A stretch of 64,000 nucleotides of DNA from Octopus vulgaris (Eukaryota): contig OX597825.1 of the NCBI GenBank assembly GCA_951406725.2, positions 10,168,001 through 10,232,000 on the forward strand, read 5' to 3'. Shown one piece after another: positions 41,604-53,567 of this stretch; within the stretch, counting starts at the first letter, position 1; each line of letters begins with the position of its first letter. A model generated the notes under the pieces. The model was given only the letters and a program-made list of their open reading frames with translations. It was not told the DNA's origin and searched no databases. A program made the translations under genes and the position numbers.

Positions 41604-41865
41604 GGGCATATGGCGTAGTGGTTAAGAGTGTGGGCTACTAACCCCAAGATTCCGAGTTCGATTCCAGGCAGTGACCTGAACAATAATAATAATAATAATA
41701 ACAACAACATCAAAACATACCTTAGGAATGAGAACTGAGGTTCAAAATTTCCCCAAGACACCTAATGAAGGCTGGAGGGTGTATAAGCCGAAATGTTGTG
41801 TTAACAACAAACAAGATGAGGACAAATATCTGTCAAATGAATGTAAATAATGTCAATAATGATAA
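41604..41865 (+). mobile_element. tRNA-headed SINE with a Penelope-like 3' region
   Basis: A-box tggcgtagtgg; B-box gagttcgattcc; (AAT)n linker; then cctaatgaaggct...agccgaaatgttgtg. Confidence 0.6.
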
Positions 41866-41911
41866 TATATGAAATCAAATTTTCCTTTCTTTTTGTTTTA
41901 TACATCCACAG

Positions 41912-42136
41912 TTCATTGTCTGCATTCGAAAGAGAAACAAGACTGTCTACCAACAGGTTCTGTCAGTGAAGAAACCAGACAATAAATGTTTGAATTGTTG
42001 GAAATGGAACCTAGACCCAGATCATGCAATATACCATGCACTTTATCCTCACTCTTGGACAATATATGATATTCCAGAGCACAACGTCCGACTGACATGC
42101 CGCCAGGTTTCACCAATCTTCCCCCATGAATATCAG
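41912..42136 (+). CDS. GBA2: GBA2 exon 4
   Basis: Acceptor ccacag|; FIVCIRKRNKTVYQQVLS...YHALYPHSWTIY...LTCRQVSPIFPHEYQ; donor |gtaagt. Confidence 0.97.
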
Positions 42137-42933
42137 GTAAGTTATTATTTGTTGTTATTTGAACCCAGGTCATCCCTAATCAAACATACTTGTGACTATG
42201 TCAGTTTCTTTTTTCAGGCATAGTGTATCTAGGATTACATTATCGTTTAGTGGGGATGTGAAGCTTATATGATGCATGGCCACTGGGCAAATAGACAGAC
42301 AAAGGCTTGGTCATTAAGAACAAAATACCATTAGTTTAGTAAGAGAAGTTCTTAGTCCCAGTCCAGTTTATGAATTATCTGGACGATCAGGAGTAAGATA
42401 CTTACTCTTTTACTTGTTTCAGTCATTTGACTGTGGCCATGCTGGAGCACCGCCTTTAGTCGAGCAAATCGACTCCAGGACTTATTACCTTGTAAGCCTA
42501 GTACTTATTCTATCCGTCTCTTTTGCCGAACCGCTAAGTTACGGGGACATAAACACACCAGCATCGGTTGTTAAGCGATGCTAGGGGGACAAACACAGAC
42601 ACACAAACACACACACATACACACATATATATATACATATATACGACAGGCTTCTTTTCAGTTTCCGTTTACCAAATCCACTCACAAGGCTTTGGTCGGC
42701 CCGAGGCTATAGTAGAAGACACTTGCCCAAGGTGCCTCGCAGTGGGACTGAACCTGAAACCATGTGGTTAGGAAGCAAACTTCTTACCACACAGCTTCAC
42801 CTGCGACTATATTGTTAAAAATGATAACCTTCTTAACAAGAACTCGTTCCAGATATTTAAGTGTTTAATAAATTATTGATTTGTCTAATGAAGGGTCGAA
42901 CCATTTGTGAGTTGAACTTTGCATATTTTGTAG

Positions 42934-43179
42934 GATACAAGCCTTCCCTGTGCAGTGTTTGTGTGGACAGCTGAGAATCTCGGAGATGAAGATCTGGAAG
43001 TTAGCATTATGTTTACCTTCAAAAATGGTCGTGGTGTCAAAGAAGACAGAGCAGGTGGCTGCTGGAACGAGTATTTCCATGTATCCAATGATTCTCCTTC
43101 TGAGCCAGTGTCTGGAGTACAGATTCACCAATCTTTTCAGGATATGCCATGCGTCTATGGAATAGCAGTCAAACACAAA
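42934..43179 (+). CDS. GBA2: GBA2 exon 5
   Basis: Acceptor ttgtag|; DTSLPCAVFVWTAENLGDEDLEVSIMFTFKNG...WNEYF...YGIAVKHK; donor |gtaaaa. Confidence 0.95.
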
Positions 43180-43189
43180 GTAAAAGCTG

Positions 43190-43820
43190 TTTCTCTCTCT
43201 CTTTTTCTATTGCTTCTTCTTTTCTGTCTTCTTTTTTTCTTCTTCTTCTTCTTCTTCGTCTCCTTTCTTCTTCTTCTTCTTCTTCTCCTCCTTCTTCTTC
43301 TTCTTCTTCTTCTTCTTCTCCTCCTTCTTCTTCTTCTTCTTCTTCTTCTTCTCCTTCTTCTTCTTCTCCTTCTTCTTCTTCTACTTCTCCTTCTTCTTTG
43401 TCGCCTTCTTCTCCTTCTTCTTCTTCTTCTACTTCTTCTTCTTCTTCTTCTTTGTCTCCTTCCTTCTCCTTCTTCTTCTTCTTCTTCTTCTTCTACTCTC
43501 CTTCTTTTTCTTCTTCTTTGTCTCCTTCCTTCTCCTTCTTCTTTTCTCCTTCTTCTTTTCTTCTTCTTCTTCTTTGTCTCCTTCCTTCTCCTTCTTCTTT
43601 TCTTCTTTTTTGTCTCCTTCCTTCTCCTTCTTCTTCTTTTCTTCTTCTTTGTCCTTCCTTCTTCTTTTCTTCTTCTTCTTCTTCTTCTTCTTCTTCTTCT
43701 TCTTTTCTTCTTCTTTGTCTCCTTCTTCTTCTTCTTCTTCTTCTTCTTCTTCTTCTTCTTCTTCTTCTTCTTCTTCTTCTTCTTTCCTCTTTTCCCTCTT
43801 CTATCTTTTTTACTTCTTGA
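43190..43820. repeat. (CTT)n polypyrimidine tract in GBA2 intron 5
   Basis: ~600 bp of almost purine-free sequence. Confidence 0.95.
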
Positions 43821-44080
43821 TTTATGAAATAGAAAATATGAAGTTTTACAGGAAACCCTCACATATGACTGGTAAAGACTTGAAAGATGAGAGAGAGAGA
43901 GAGAGAGCAATGAATTAAATATTTTGCTCTTCCTCTTCCCAAAATCATGGAGAAGATGGAAAGCAAAGTCTCATTTCTTTTTCCACTTATTTTTCTTATT
44001 CCTTTATTTCGTTACATTTGCTTTCTTCTTTCTTCATTTTCTGCCTTCATTCTTCACTTTACCATCTTTCCTTTTTCCAG

Positions 44081-44180
44081 CCTGATCTCTCAGTCAGTCA
44101 CTGTGTGTATTTTGATCCCTGTGCTTCCGGAGAAGACATTTGGCAAGATCTTCATGAAGATGGCTCCCTCACCAAAAGTG
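44081..44180 (+). CDS. GBA2: GBA2 exon 6
   Basis: Acceptor ttccag|; PDLSVSHCVYFDPCASGEDIWQDLHEDGSL; donor G|gtaaat. Confidence 0.94.
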
Positions 44181-45129
44181 GTAAATACAAAGTATATACT
44201 ACTTTCCTTATTTTCACTGGCATCTACCCCTAAATCTGATGGCTGGTCATTTAACTTATGACCCGAGTTCAACTACTATTGTTGTTGCTATTCTATTAAC
44301 GTCTTCATATTTTGTTTATTCTATCAAAGACTTCTGCCAATATTTTATGGCATTTTCAAATTCTGCTGGGGTTGATTTTACCTTTCTTCCTTTCAGGGCC
44401 AATAAAATAAGTACCAGTAGTGGGGCTCCGAAAGGGGTCTCAGGGAGTAGTGTCCCTGCCTTCCTGAGCTAGTTTTCCACCACATTTCTTAAAAATCATG
44501 GGAGATGCGTTGGTCTTGGGAACCACTCATGTCTAGAAACTGATGTTGTTGGGTAAGCAAAGGCATGCTCCCCATAGAAAATCCAGCCCCAAAAAAGCCT
44601 CATAATAGCAAAGGAGAATGGACACCATCCAGCCCAAAGGTTGGGGTGGGCTGCACCTGCTTACCTCAGTTGCTATGGCATTAAGGTAGATCCGGCCACC
44701 CACCGTTAATGGGGACAAAACCTGGATTTAAAACGCTGGATGATAATGCTTATGATGAAGACTGAAGGTGATGTAATTAATTTACCCCCTCCCCTCAAAT
44801 TGATGGCCTGGTGCTAAAATTTGAAATCAGTATTTCATAGCATTACCTATTTGTCATGTTTTTCTGCCAAAGGTTTTTCTGACTTTCTTTCATGTTTCAT
44901 TTGAAACACTTCATCCTACATTTCTACTAATCTGCCATACATTTATATCAGTCCATTAAATAGTCCCATCAGCCCATCATACAGTGCTGTTGGTCTATCA
45001 GACATTTGTATTTGTCCATGAGACCGTAACCTCGTGGCCTATGCCAGGGGTGTAACCTGTCCACTTATGCGTGCCTTTCCTTCATTGGACATGTGGTATT
45101 ATCTACATTCCACAAAGCAAAGAGCTTAA

Positions 45130-45490
45130 CCCTTCAACATTCAGATTTCGTGTTAGGAAGGGCATCCAGCCATAGGAACCAGACTGGAGCCTGGTGCAGC
45201 TCTCCAGCCTGTAAGCTCTGGTCAAACTGTCCAACCCATGCCAGCATGGACAACAGGAATTGAATCATGACGATGATGATGATGATTACTTTATCAAATG
45301 TGATTCTTATTTATTCACATTATTTTAAATTAATCATGCATTGTCTTTTAGCTTTGAGATTTCAATGATGTGATTGTTTATTTTTCAGAATTGCATTGTA
45401 AAGTAGGTTTCAGAGACCAGATCTGCCCTGTTTGATCATAAAGCAGGTTGAATATTTAGGCCTGATATGGCCAGTTTAAATGCTAAAGGG
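45130..45490. mobile_element. Second piggyBac-like MITE family
   Basis: TTAA|CCCTT ... AAAGGG|TTAA; partial copies at ~10600-10800, 35950-36090 and 55135-55230. Confidence 0.7.
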
Positions 45491-45630
45491 TTAACATTCT
45501 TCTTTAAAATATCAAAAAACATACTTTCCAAATAATTGGGTCTCATTTTTTACCAGCTTTTTTTTTTTCATTATATTTGTTTTCTGTTGCATCGGTTATT
45601 CACCTGTTGCTATTTTTATTTGTCTTGTAG

Positions 45631-45802
45631 AAGCCGACCTTGAAAGTAAAACTGAACCAACGAAGAAAAACAGTGAATGTGCAGTAGGTGTATGCTGCAA
45701 GTGTGCAGTTGCAGCTGGTGGCCCTTCTAAGCAAATGGAATTCTCCCTTAGCTGGGACATGCCAAATATTCATTTCAAATCAAAAGGACAGAATTACCGA
45801 AG
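45631..45802 (+). CDS. GBA2: GBA2 exon 7
   Basis: Acceptor ttgtag|; ...AVGVCCK...MEFSLSWDMPNIHFKSKGQNYR; donor AG|gtaaaa; not listed in the ORF track. Confidence 0.94.
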
Positions 45803-46638
45803 GTAAAAATATACATTGATTTTCTGAAAATATGCAAAACATATCTTTGGTTTTGTAAAGTATATTTGAATAGAATATCAAAGCCTAAACTAGATGTGAA
45901 TGTGATGTAGAGTGATTTATATACAGCTGAATAGACATCATTGATTGGTTGAAATTACCGAAATACGAGAACTTTAACATGAAATAACTTTGTAGATATA
46001 AGTTTTTCTCAAAAATGCTAAGAGTAAAAGATGTTTTTTTATATGACACATTCTACCAGTGTCCGAAGTTTGAAAGTGTTTAGTTACAAAAAATGATTTT
46101 TTAAAATCTGTCGGTCAAAAGCTAAAGATCCAGCTGGAGAGCTGCACAAGGCTCCAGTTGTCTGTTTTGGCATGATCGCCATGGCTGGATGCCCTTCGTA
46201 ATGCTAACCACTTTACAAAGTGGACTGTGTACTTTTTATGTGTATTTTTAGAGTACTTTTTGGTATTCTATGCATGGCACCAGTACCGATACTTTTTTTT
46301 ACACGGCACCGGTAGAGGCACTTTATATGTGGCACCAACATGGGTGCTTTTTATGCGACACCAGAACCAGTGCTTTATACGTGGCACCAGACGGGTACTT
46401 TTTACATGATATCAACACCAGTGCTCTATACATGGCACCAGTTCAAGTGCTTTTTATACGGCACCAGCACAGGTGGTTTTCTACATGGCGACAAATGTGG
46501 TTTATATTAATGGTTTGACTATTAATTAGCTCTTGATTTACATTCTGTAAAGTAGAATCCTACACAGAAGGTCTTTATATGTTTGAAAAGTCGATTTACT
46601 TTGACTGCTACTAGTTTGCTATTTATTTTCTTTTGAAG

Positions 46639-46764
46639 ACGTTACACACGCTGGTTTGGCCACACAACTCAAGCGGCACCGCAACTCTGTAGTTATGCCT
46701 TGAATAACTACAAAACCTGGGAACAGAAGATTGAAACTTGGCAAAACACTGTCTTACAGAACAA
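46639..46764 (+). CDS. GBA2: GBA2 exon 8
   Basis: Acceptor tttgaag|; RYTRWFG...AAPQLCSYALNNYKTWEQKIETWQNTVL; donor |gtaagt. Confidence 0.95.
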
Positions 46765-47859
46765 GTAAGTAAAATATGAATGTATGATGGACTCTCTTTT
46801 CTATTCTAGGCACAAGGTCCGAAAATTTTGTGGATGGGGTCAGTCGATTAGATTGGCCCCAGTATGCAACTGGTACCTAATTTATCATCCCCGGAAGGAT
46901 GAAAGGCAAACTCGACTTCAGTGGAATTTGAACTCAGAACATAAAGAGAGACGAAATACCTTTTACTTTACTACCCACAAGGGGCTAAACATAGAGGGGA
47001 CAAACAAGGACAGACAAATGGATTAAGTCGATTACATCAACCCCAGTGCGTAACTGGTACTTATTTAATCGACCCCGAAAGGATGAAAGGCAAAGTCGAC
47101 CTCGGCGGAATTTGAACTCAGAATGTAAAGACAGACGAAATACTGCTAAGCATTTCGCCCAGTGTGCTAACGATTCTGCCAGCTCACCACCTTGTATGAT
47201 GGACTATACTTGTTGGAAGCAACATATTAGAGCACCCAGTTGATCAATCAATTGATTTATCTCCTCATTGAACTGGAGTGTAGGTGGCTGAGTATCCCTC
47301 AGTTATAACATAGTTCTCAGTCAGAATCAGTATAACACAATGAGTGACAGGGTCGGACCTTTGTATTACGGGTACAATTGACCAAATAAGGTTCCATGCC
47401 ATTTCTTTCTACCCATCTTCTGTCGCAAGATGTGGGTCTTGTGGTACGACATGCTAACCCTTTATTCTGAAAAGACTCTGACCCAATATGCCATTAAGTG
47501 GTATTGAACCAAGGATCTTGTGATTGCGAAGTAAACTTCATAACCACTTGGCCATACCTCAGTCTATGTAGTTGGGTTCATTTATATAAATACACATGCA
47601 CATGTGTACACACACACAGACACCAGTACACACATATGCACATATATATGTATATTATTTATATTATATATATATACATAGGTGCAGGAGTGGCTGTGTG
47701 GTAAGTAGTTTGCTTACCAACCACATGGTTCCGGGTTCAGTTCCACTGCATGGCATTTTGGGCAAGTGTCTTCTACTATAGCCTCAGGCCGACTAAGGCC
47801 TTGTGAGTGGATTTGGTAGACAGAAACTGAAAGAAGCCTGTCGTATATATATGTATATG

Positions 47860-47905
<46 letters not shown>

Positions 47906-48278
47906 CGTGTATATGTTTGTGTGTCTGTGTTTGTCCCCCCCAACATCGCTTGACAACCAATGCTAGTGTGTTTACGTCCCCGTAACTTAACAGTTCGGCA
48001 AAAGAGACCAATAGAATAAGTACTAGGCTTACAAAGAATAAGTCCTGGGCTCGATTTGCTCGACTAAAGCTGGTGCTCCAGCATGGCCACAGTCAAATGA
48101 CTGAAACAAGTAAAAGAGAATATGCACACACCTAAAGCTCATTTCTGATATTAGAATCCTCTCTGAACCATTAGCTGTGCCTCATCTAATATTTGATCAA
48201 CAATCTCCTCCCTATGTTTCTTTTTTCTTTTTAGTGTTAACAAAGTTACTGTAAATGTTTTTGTTCTTGTTGTCTTAG

Positions 48279-48445
48279 CGATCTTCCTGCTTGGTACAAA
48301 TCAGCTTTATTTAATGAATTGTATTATGTGAGTGATGGTGGCACTGTGTGGCTGGATCCTGTCCCAAACCCTGATCTCTCTTCCGAAACCAAAGAAGAAA
48401 TACCTGCTGTGATAAAAGAATTTGGCAAGTTTGCTTATCTCGAAG
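48279..48445 (+). CDS. GBA2: GBA2 exon 9 (ends in YLEG, the catalytic nucleophile motif)
   Basis: Acceptor tcttag|; LPAWYKSALFNELYYVSDGGTVW...FGKFAYLEG; donor G|gtaac. Confidence 0.97.
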
Positions 48446-48654
48446 GTAACGAAACTAATTCAGTCTTTGAATATTCTGTTATAAACATTTCATTTCCATT
48501 ATTTCTGAGATGAAGTTGAATGTCCAGTTGGAAGAAACAGGTGATTGGTGGGGGACCAGGTAGATTGGTGTTTAGTTTCATTTCTCTTTGAAATGGTCAC
48601 ATGGGAATGGTTGACTCTTATAGTACCAGCTGACCACGTACCATCAATAGGAGG

Positions 48655-48993
48655 AGGAGACCCCCTTCAGTCATGACTGACCAGGGATTGCACCTAGAAA
48701 GTTACCCTCTTAGCCACAAGTCCGGGCAAGATTGTTTGTGGAAGGCTAACAGTCGCCCATGCATACCGGCCTCCCCTCTCCACACCAATGATGTTATACA
48801 AGGGAATGACAAAGGGGCCGATACAGCTTGGCACCAGTGACGTCGCAACTCATTTCTACAGCCTGAGTGAACTGGAGCAACGTGAAATAAAGTGCCTTGC
48901 TCAAGAACACAACACACAGTCCAGTCTGGGAATCAAACTCACAACTTCATGATCGTAAGCTCTATACTCTAACCACTGAGCCATGCGCCTTCA
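48655..48993 (-). mobile_element. tRNA/CORE-type SINE
   Basis: Minus-strand head gcgcatggctcagtggttagag and core cttgagcaaggcacttt; flanking direct repeat taccatcaata; related heads at ~7375, 37595 and 40790. Confidence 0.75.
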
Positions 48994-49290
48994 CATACCA
49001 TCAATAATGACTGCTAAATGTAGTATTTTATATATAAATATGATACATAATAATCACACACACAAACATCCACATACTTCTCTTGTACATGCACACACAT
49101 ATGCACATATACTCACACAAAGTTGAAAACTGATATTTTTTTCACCCCTTCCTTCCTTATTCATCTATCACCTCTTCCTTTCTCTCATTGCTATTACTTT
49201 CTCTCATTCCCTCTCCATCAGGGCTATTACTCTCACTACTTCTCCTTCATTGAATTACTATTTTCTTTATATACACATATATATATATAT

Positions 49291-49524
49291 AATTTAGAGA
49301 CAAACTGCTATTTAGTTATTCCAACAATAGTGAAAAGATATTATCTATAATAACCACATAGAAATTAATTAAATATCTTATAATTATTATTCTAAAAATC
49401 TCATAACAAATCAAGATTTTTAGAATAATTATTATAAGATATTTAATTAATTTCTATGTGGTTATTATAGATAATGCCTTTTCACTATTGTTGGAATAAC
49501 TAAATAGCAGTTTGTCTCTAAATT
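49291..49524. repeat. Near-perfect palindrome (111-bp arms, 12-nt loop)
   Basis: 49291-49401 versus the reverse complement of 49414-49524: 3 mismatches by eye; (TA)n on both flanks. Confidence 0.92.
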
Positions 49525-49556
49525 CTATATATATATATATATATATACATACATAA

Positions 49557-49587
<31 letters not shown>

Positions 49588-50490
49588 AACACACACACAA
49601 ATACATAAAAACACTATGCTCATTATTATATTGGGAGATTTCCAAATAAATTCAGGTAAATCCAACTGATTGTACATAGTTCTCTCAGGAATTAAATGAA
49701 CCAAATATTTTGGGAGAAAGTGCTATAAATTGACATTGCATTTACTTATGAAGAAGTGGATCAAGCAAGACTTGAAAAATGGTAAAAGGAGATTTGAGAA
49801 CATTGGTTCTCACTGGCAAGATAAGATGGGATTAAGTTGGAAACACAAAATGCTTGTTGTTGACTGACCAACAAATGGAGAGGATAAACTAGACTGAAAT
49901 GGCTACTTAGATTAAGATAATCTTCAAAATTGACAGAATGGGCTAAATGCCATTTCTCTGTTTAGCTTTGGCTACTTAGTCTAGAATAGCAGCTGTATTC
50001 ACTTCACACTTGAGTGATTAGCAATAGGGGAAGAATTTAAAAAATTACAAAGGAGACACAAGCTCAAACTATTTCTTCCACAGTAATTCTTATGTAACTA
50101 CAATTGCATGTTATCAAGACAGAAACCGTACAAGATGAAGGCGGTGAGATGGCAGAAATGTTAGCAGGCTGGGCGAAATGCTTAGCGGTATTTAGTCTGC
50201 CGCTACGTTCTGAGTTCAAATTCTGCCAAGGTCGATAAATTAAGTATCAGTTACGCACTGGGGTCGATGTAATCGACATAATCCCTTTGTCTCTACTTGT
50301 TTGTCCCCTCTGTGTTTAGCCCCTTGTGTGTAGTAAAGAAGTATGAAATAAGAAACTGTACAAGATGAGAAAATGTTAAATAATGTAAAACCAAAATATA
50401 ATTAAAATTTCCAAATATGTAAATACTCAAAAGTGCAAACAGAAAATACAACTCATTCTCTATAAAAGAATTATTCTTTGAACTTATGAA

Positions 50491-50597
50491 AAAATAATAT
50501 GAAAAAAATAATATGAAAAAACCTTTTTATTTTGTCTTTTTTCGTGTTTTTCTTTAAAGGCCATGAATATCGAATGTACAATACTTATGAAATATGA
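50491..50597 (+). pseudogene. Partial duplicate of the GBA2 intron 9 acceptor and first 31 nt of exon 10
   Basis: 50491-50590 repeats 50706-50803 (offset 213 at the exon); reads [12 protein letters not shown] then TGA at 50595-50597. Confidence 0.93.
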
Positions 50598-50772
50598 AAT
50601 AATATGAAAAAATAATATGAAATATTATGACATATGAAATAATATGAAAAATGTGAAATAATATGAAAAAAATAATATGAAAAAATATGAAATATTATGA
50701 AATATAAAATAATATGAAAAAATAATATGAAAAAACTTTTTATTTTGTCTTTTTTTGTGTTTTTCTTTAAAG

Positions 50773-50877
50773 GCCATGAATATCGAATGTACAATACTTA
50801 TGATGTCCATTTTTATGCTTCATTTGCTCTGCTGACCTTGTGGCCCAAACTACAGCTGTGTCTTCAATATGATTTTG
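50773..50877 (+). CDS. GBA2: GBA2 exon 10
   Basis: Acceptor ctttaaag|; [34 protein letters not shown]; donor G|gtaagg. Confidence 0.97.
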
Positions 50878-51405
50878 GTAAGGTACTCCAGTTAATTGTT
50901 AATTCAATATCAATAATGATTTCTCAGAAACCAGAGAAAAACGTCAGAGTGGATGCAAACTCTGTTTGACTTTTTTCTCTTTTTCTTCTCTTTTTCTCTG
51001 CCCCCTGACAAAGGATTCAATCTGAAACATTCGATGTATAATGTATACACACATAACTGATGTATACACACTAAGCTATAAATCAATTCCATTGGTTCTT
51101 TATACCCACCAAACATTATGACTTTTGGAGATAAACATATAATTCAAAAACCGTACTACATCTTCGTGCAGCACCAAGTTTTGTCAGTGAACAGGTCGCG
51201 GTCTCAAAGCGACGAAAATATTTTGACAAATTGAATTTAAATGTCGAAGTGAATCTAACGTTTTTTGTGTGTTTCTTAAATGGCTTATAAACACCTTCCA
51301 CACTGCAATTGTTTTCGTTCCAGCACACGATCTCAGATCAGGTCGCTTGCTATGCAAGTACATCTCCATATAATTCAGTTTTTTTTTGTTTTTTTTTAAT
51401 TTCAG

Positions 51406-51513
51406 CAAAAGCTATTGATCAAGAAGACCCTACTATAGTTGAATATCTGATGTGTGGCACCAAAGGACCAAATAAATCACCAAAATCTATTCCCCATGAT
51501 TTAGGAGATCCAG
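51406..51513 (+). CDS. GBA2: GBA2 exon 11
   Basis: Acceptor tttcag|; ...IPHDLGDP; donor G|gtatgg. Confidence 0.96.
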
Positions 51514-53567
51514 GTATGGGAAAGATTTATTTTATCTCATTTTCTGTTGAGTTGTTGTTCTACTTTACATTTTCAGCTTGGTTTTAGTCATGGATAACTT
51601 GTGACCCCCATGGAAATTTATCATAGATTATGTAACTAGCACTCCATCGGTTACAACAAAAAGTGTTCCAGTTGAGCCAATCAACAGAACAGCCTGCTCA
51701 TGAGATGAGCAGTGACTGAGCACTGATACCAGTGACTGAGCACTCCACAGACACAGGTACCCTTGTAGCGGTATGAGTAGCAAAAGATATTGAGGTAGCA
51801 GGTGTATTAGGCATGTGGATGACATCAAAGTAAAACATTGGGAAAGCATTGGATTGTGGTTTAAATAGTTTATTTAATTGACACTTGCATTTACGTGTTG
51901 TATACACAATGAAAGCCACTACATGACATTAACAAAGTAAAAATAAATGAAGAGGAGAAATACTGTGTTGATGTGATGAGGGAGAACCTGGCTTGTTTTG
52001 TGTCTGTGTGTGCGTTGGTCATTTGGTTGTGTCTCTTTTACCCTTTTACTTGTTTCAGTCATCTGATTGTGGCCATGCTGGGGCACCTCCTTTAGTCAAG
52101 CAAATCGACCCCGGGACTTATTCTTTGTAAGCCCGGTATCTATTCTATCGGTCTCTTTTGCCGAACCGCTAAGTTACAGGGACATAAACACACCACTATC
52201 AGTTGTCAAGCGATGTTGGGGGGACAAACACAGACACACAAACACACACACACATATACATTCCAACCCATGCTAGCATGGAAAACGGACGTTAAACGAT
52301 GATGATGATGTGATGATGATGACACATATATACACGACGGCCTTATTTCAGTTTCCGTCTACCAAATTCACTCACAAGGCTTTGGTTGGCCCGAGGCTAT
52401 AATAGAAGACACTTGCCCAAGGTGCCATGCAGTGGGACTGAACCCGGAACCATGTGGTTGGTAAGCAAGCTACTTACCACACAGCCACTCCTACGCCTAC
52501 ATGTCTGTTTATGTTCTGCTACTGCTATTGTGTTGGGTTGTTCATGCTGAATATGTAGCTCTCTGTTGTCTCATGTCTCTTGACCATTTGCCTCTTGATG
52601 GCTATCTGGTTATCTGTCATGTGTCAGACTGTATTTATAATGGTCATCCCAGCTAGAAAGACAGATATACCACAGGAGTAATTTCGCCTCCTGTCCACTT
52701 GAACCTTAAATGACACAGCTCAGGTCAGATGTTGAAGAGAAATCCATCCATCACTTTTTGACAGAGCAAAGAAATTTCTCTCGCACCTGTTTGGCCAGTG
52801 GTGGATCAGACGAGCAAGAATCCTTAGATTCGGTTTCGAATTTCAGCTTGGAAAAAGGAAGTGTTAGTTTTTACACCCTTAATGTAGTCCTCAAGAAGAT
52901 TCAGTGTGACACAGAACGTGACAAGATTGGCCCATTTGAATTACACGCACAATTCATTTTTGCCAGCTGTGTGCATATAATATACTCAGTTATCCATTAT
53001 ATATCTAATTAGATAATTATACACATAATTAGACTTTTGATAGTCTATAATTACTGCCTTGTGAGGCTTTTGAAGTTATATGGAGGATTGGCTAAAGTCT
53101 CTTAGCGACTCTATAAAAACATCCTAATCACCCCCGGTCTGTTTTTTTCTTTTTTTGTTTGAGTCATTTCACTGTGGCCATACTGGAGCACCACCTGTAG
53201 TTGAACAAATCGACCCCAGGACTTATTCTTTGTAAGCCTAGTACTTATTCTATCAGTCTCTCTTGCTGAACTGCTAAGTTACATGCCTAAGATTTTTCCT
53301 GATATACTAATGAAAAAGTCTTTCCATCCAAGCATAAATACTATAGTATCTGCAATAAATTTATGGTGAAATTCTCATTCTCAATAACTAACGTAGATGA
53401 TAACATTGGCTATACCTATATCTCTAAAATTAAGAAGTACGTCTATTCAACCCCAATTACAGACAAAACTCAAACACACATAAATGGTAAAGGAACAGAA
53501 ACTTAAATGTAGAGACAAATATAAAGATCTGAAAGAAATACCACAAAGCATAAGAAACAACATTTAA

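Noticed and set aside
43149-43918. Poly-L, poly-S and poly-K/R ORFs of 114-290 aa, superficially protamine-like on the minus strand
   Set aside because: These come from the (CTT)n tract. Only 42934-43179 is real exon.
46250-46490. Regularly spaced gtgcttttta..tggcaccag repeats resembling a CRISPR array
   Set aside because: Eukaryotic context, spacers are related to one another, no cas genes; this is the SINE-C internal minisatellite.
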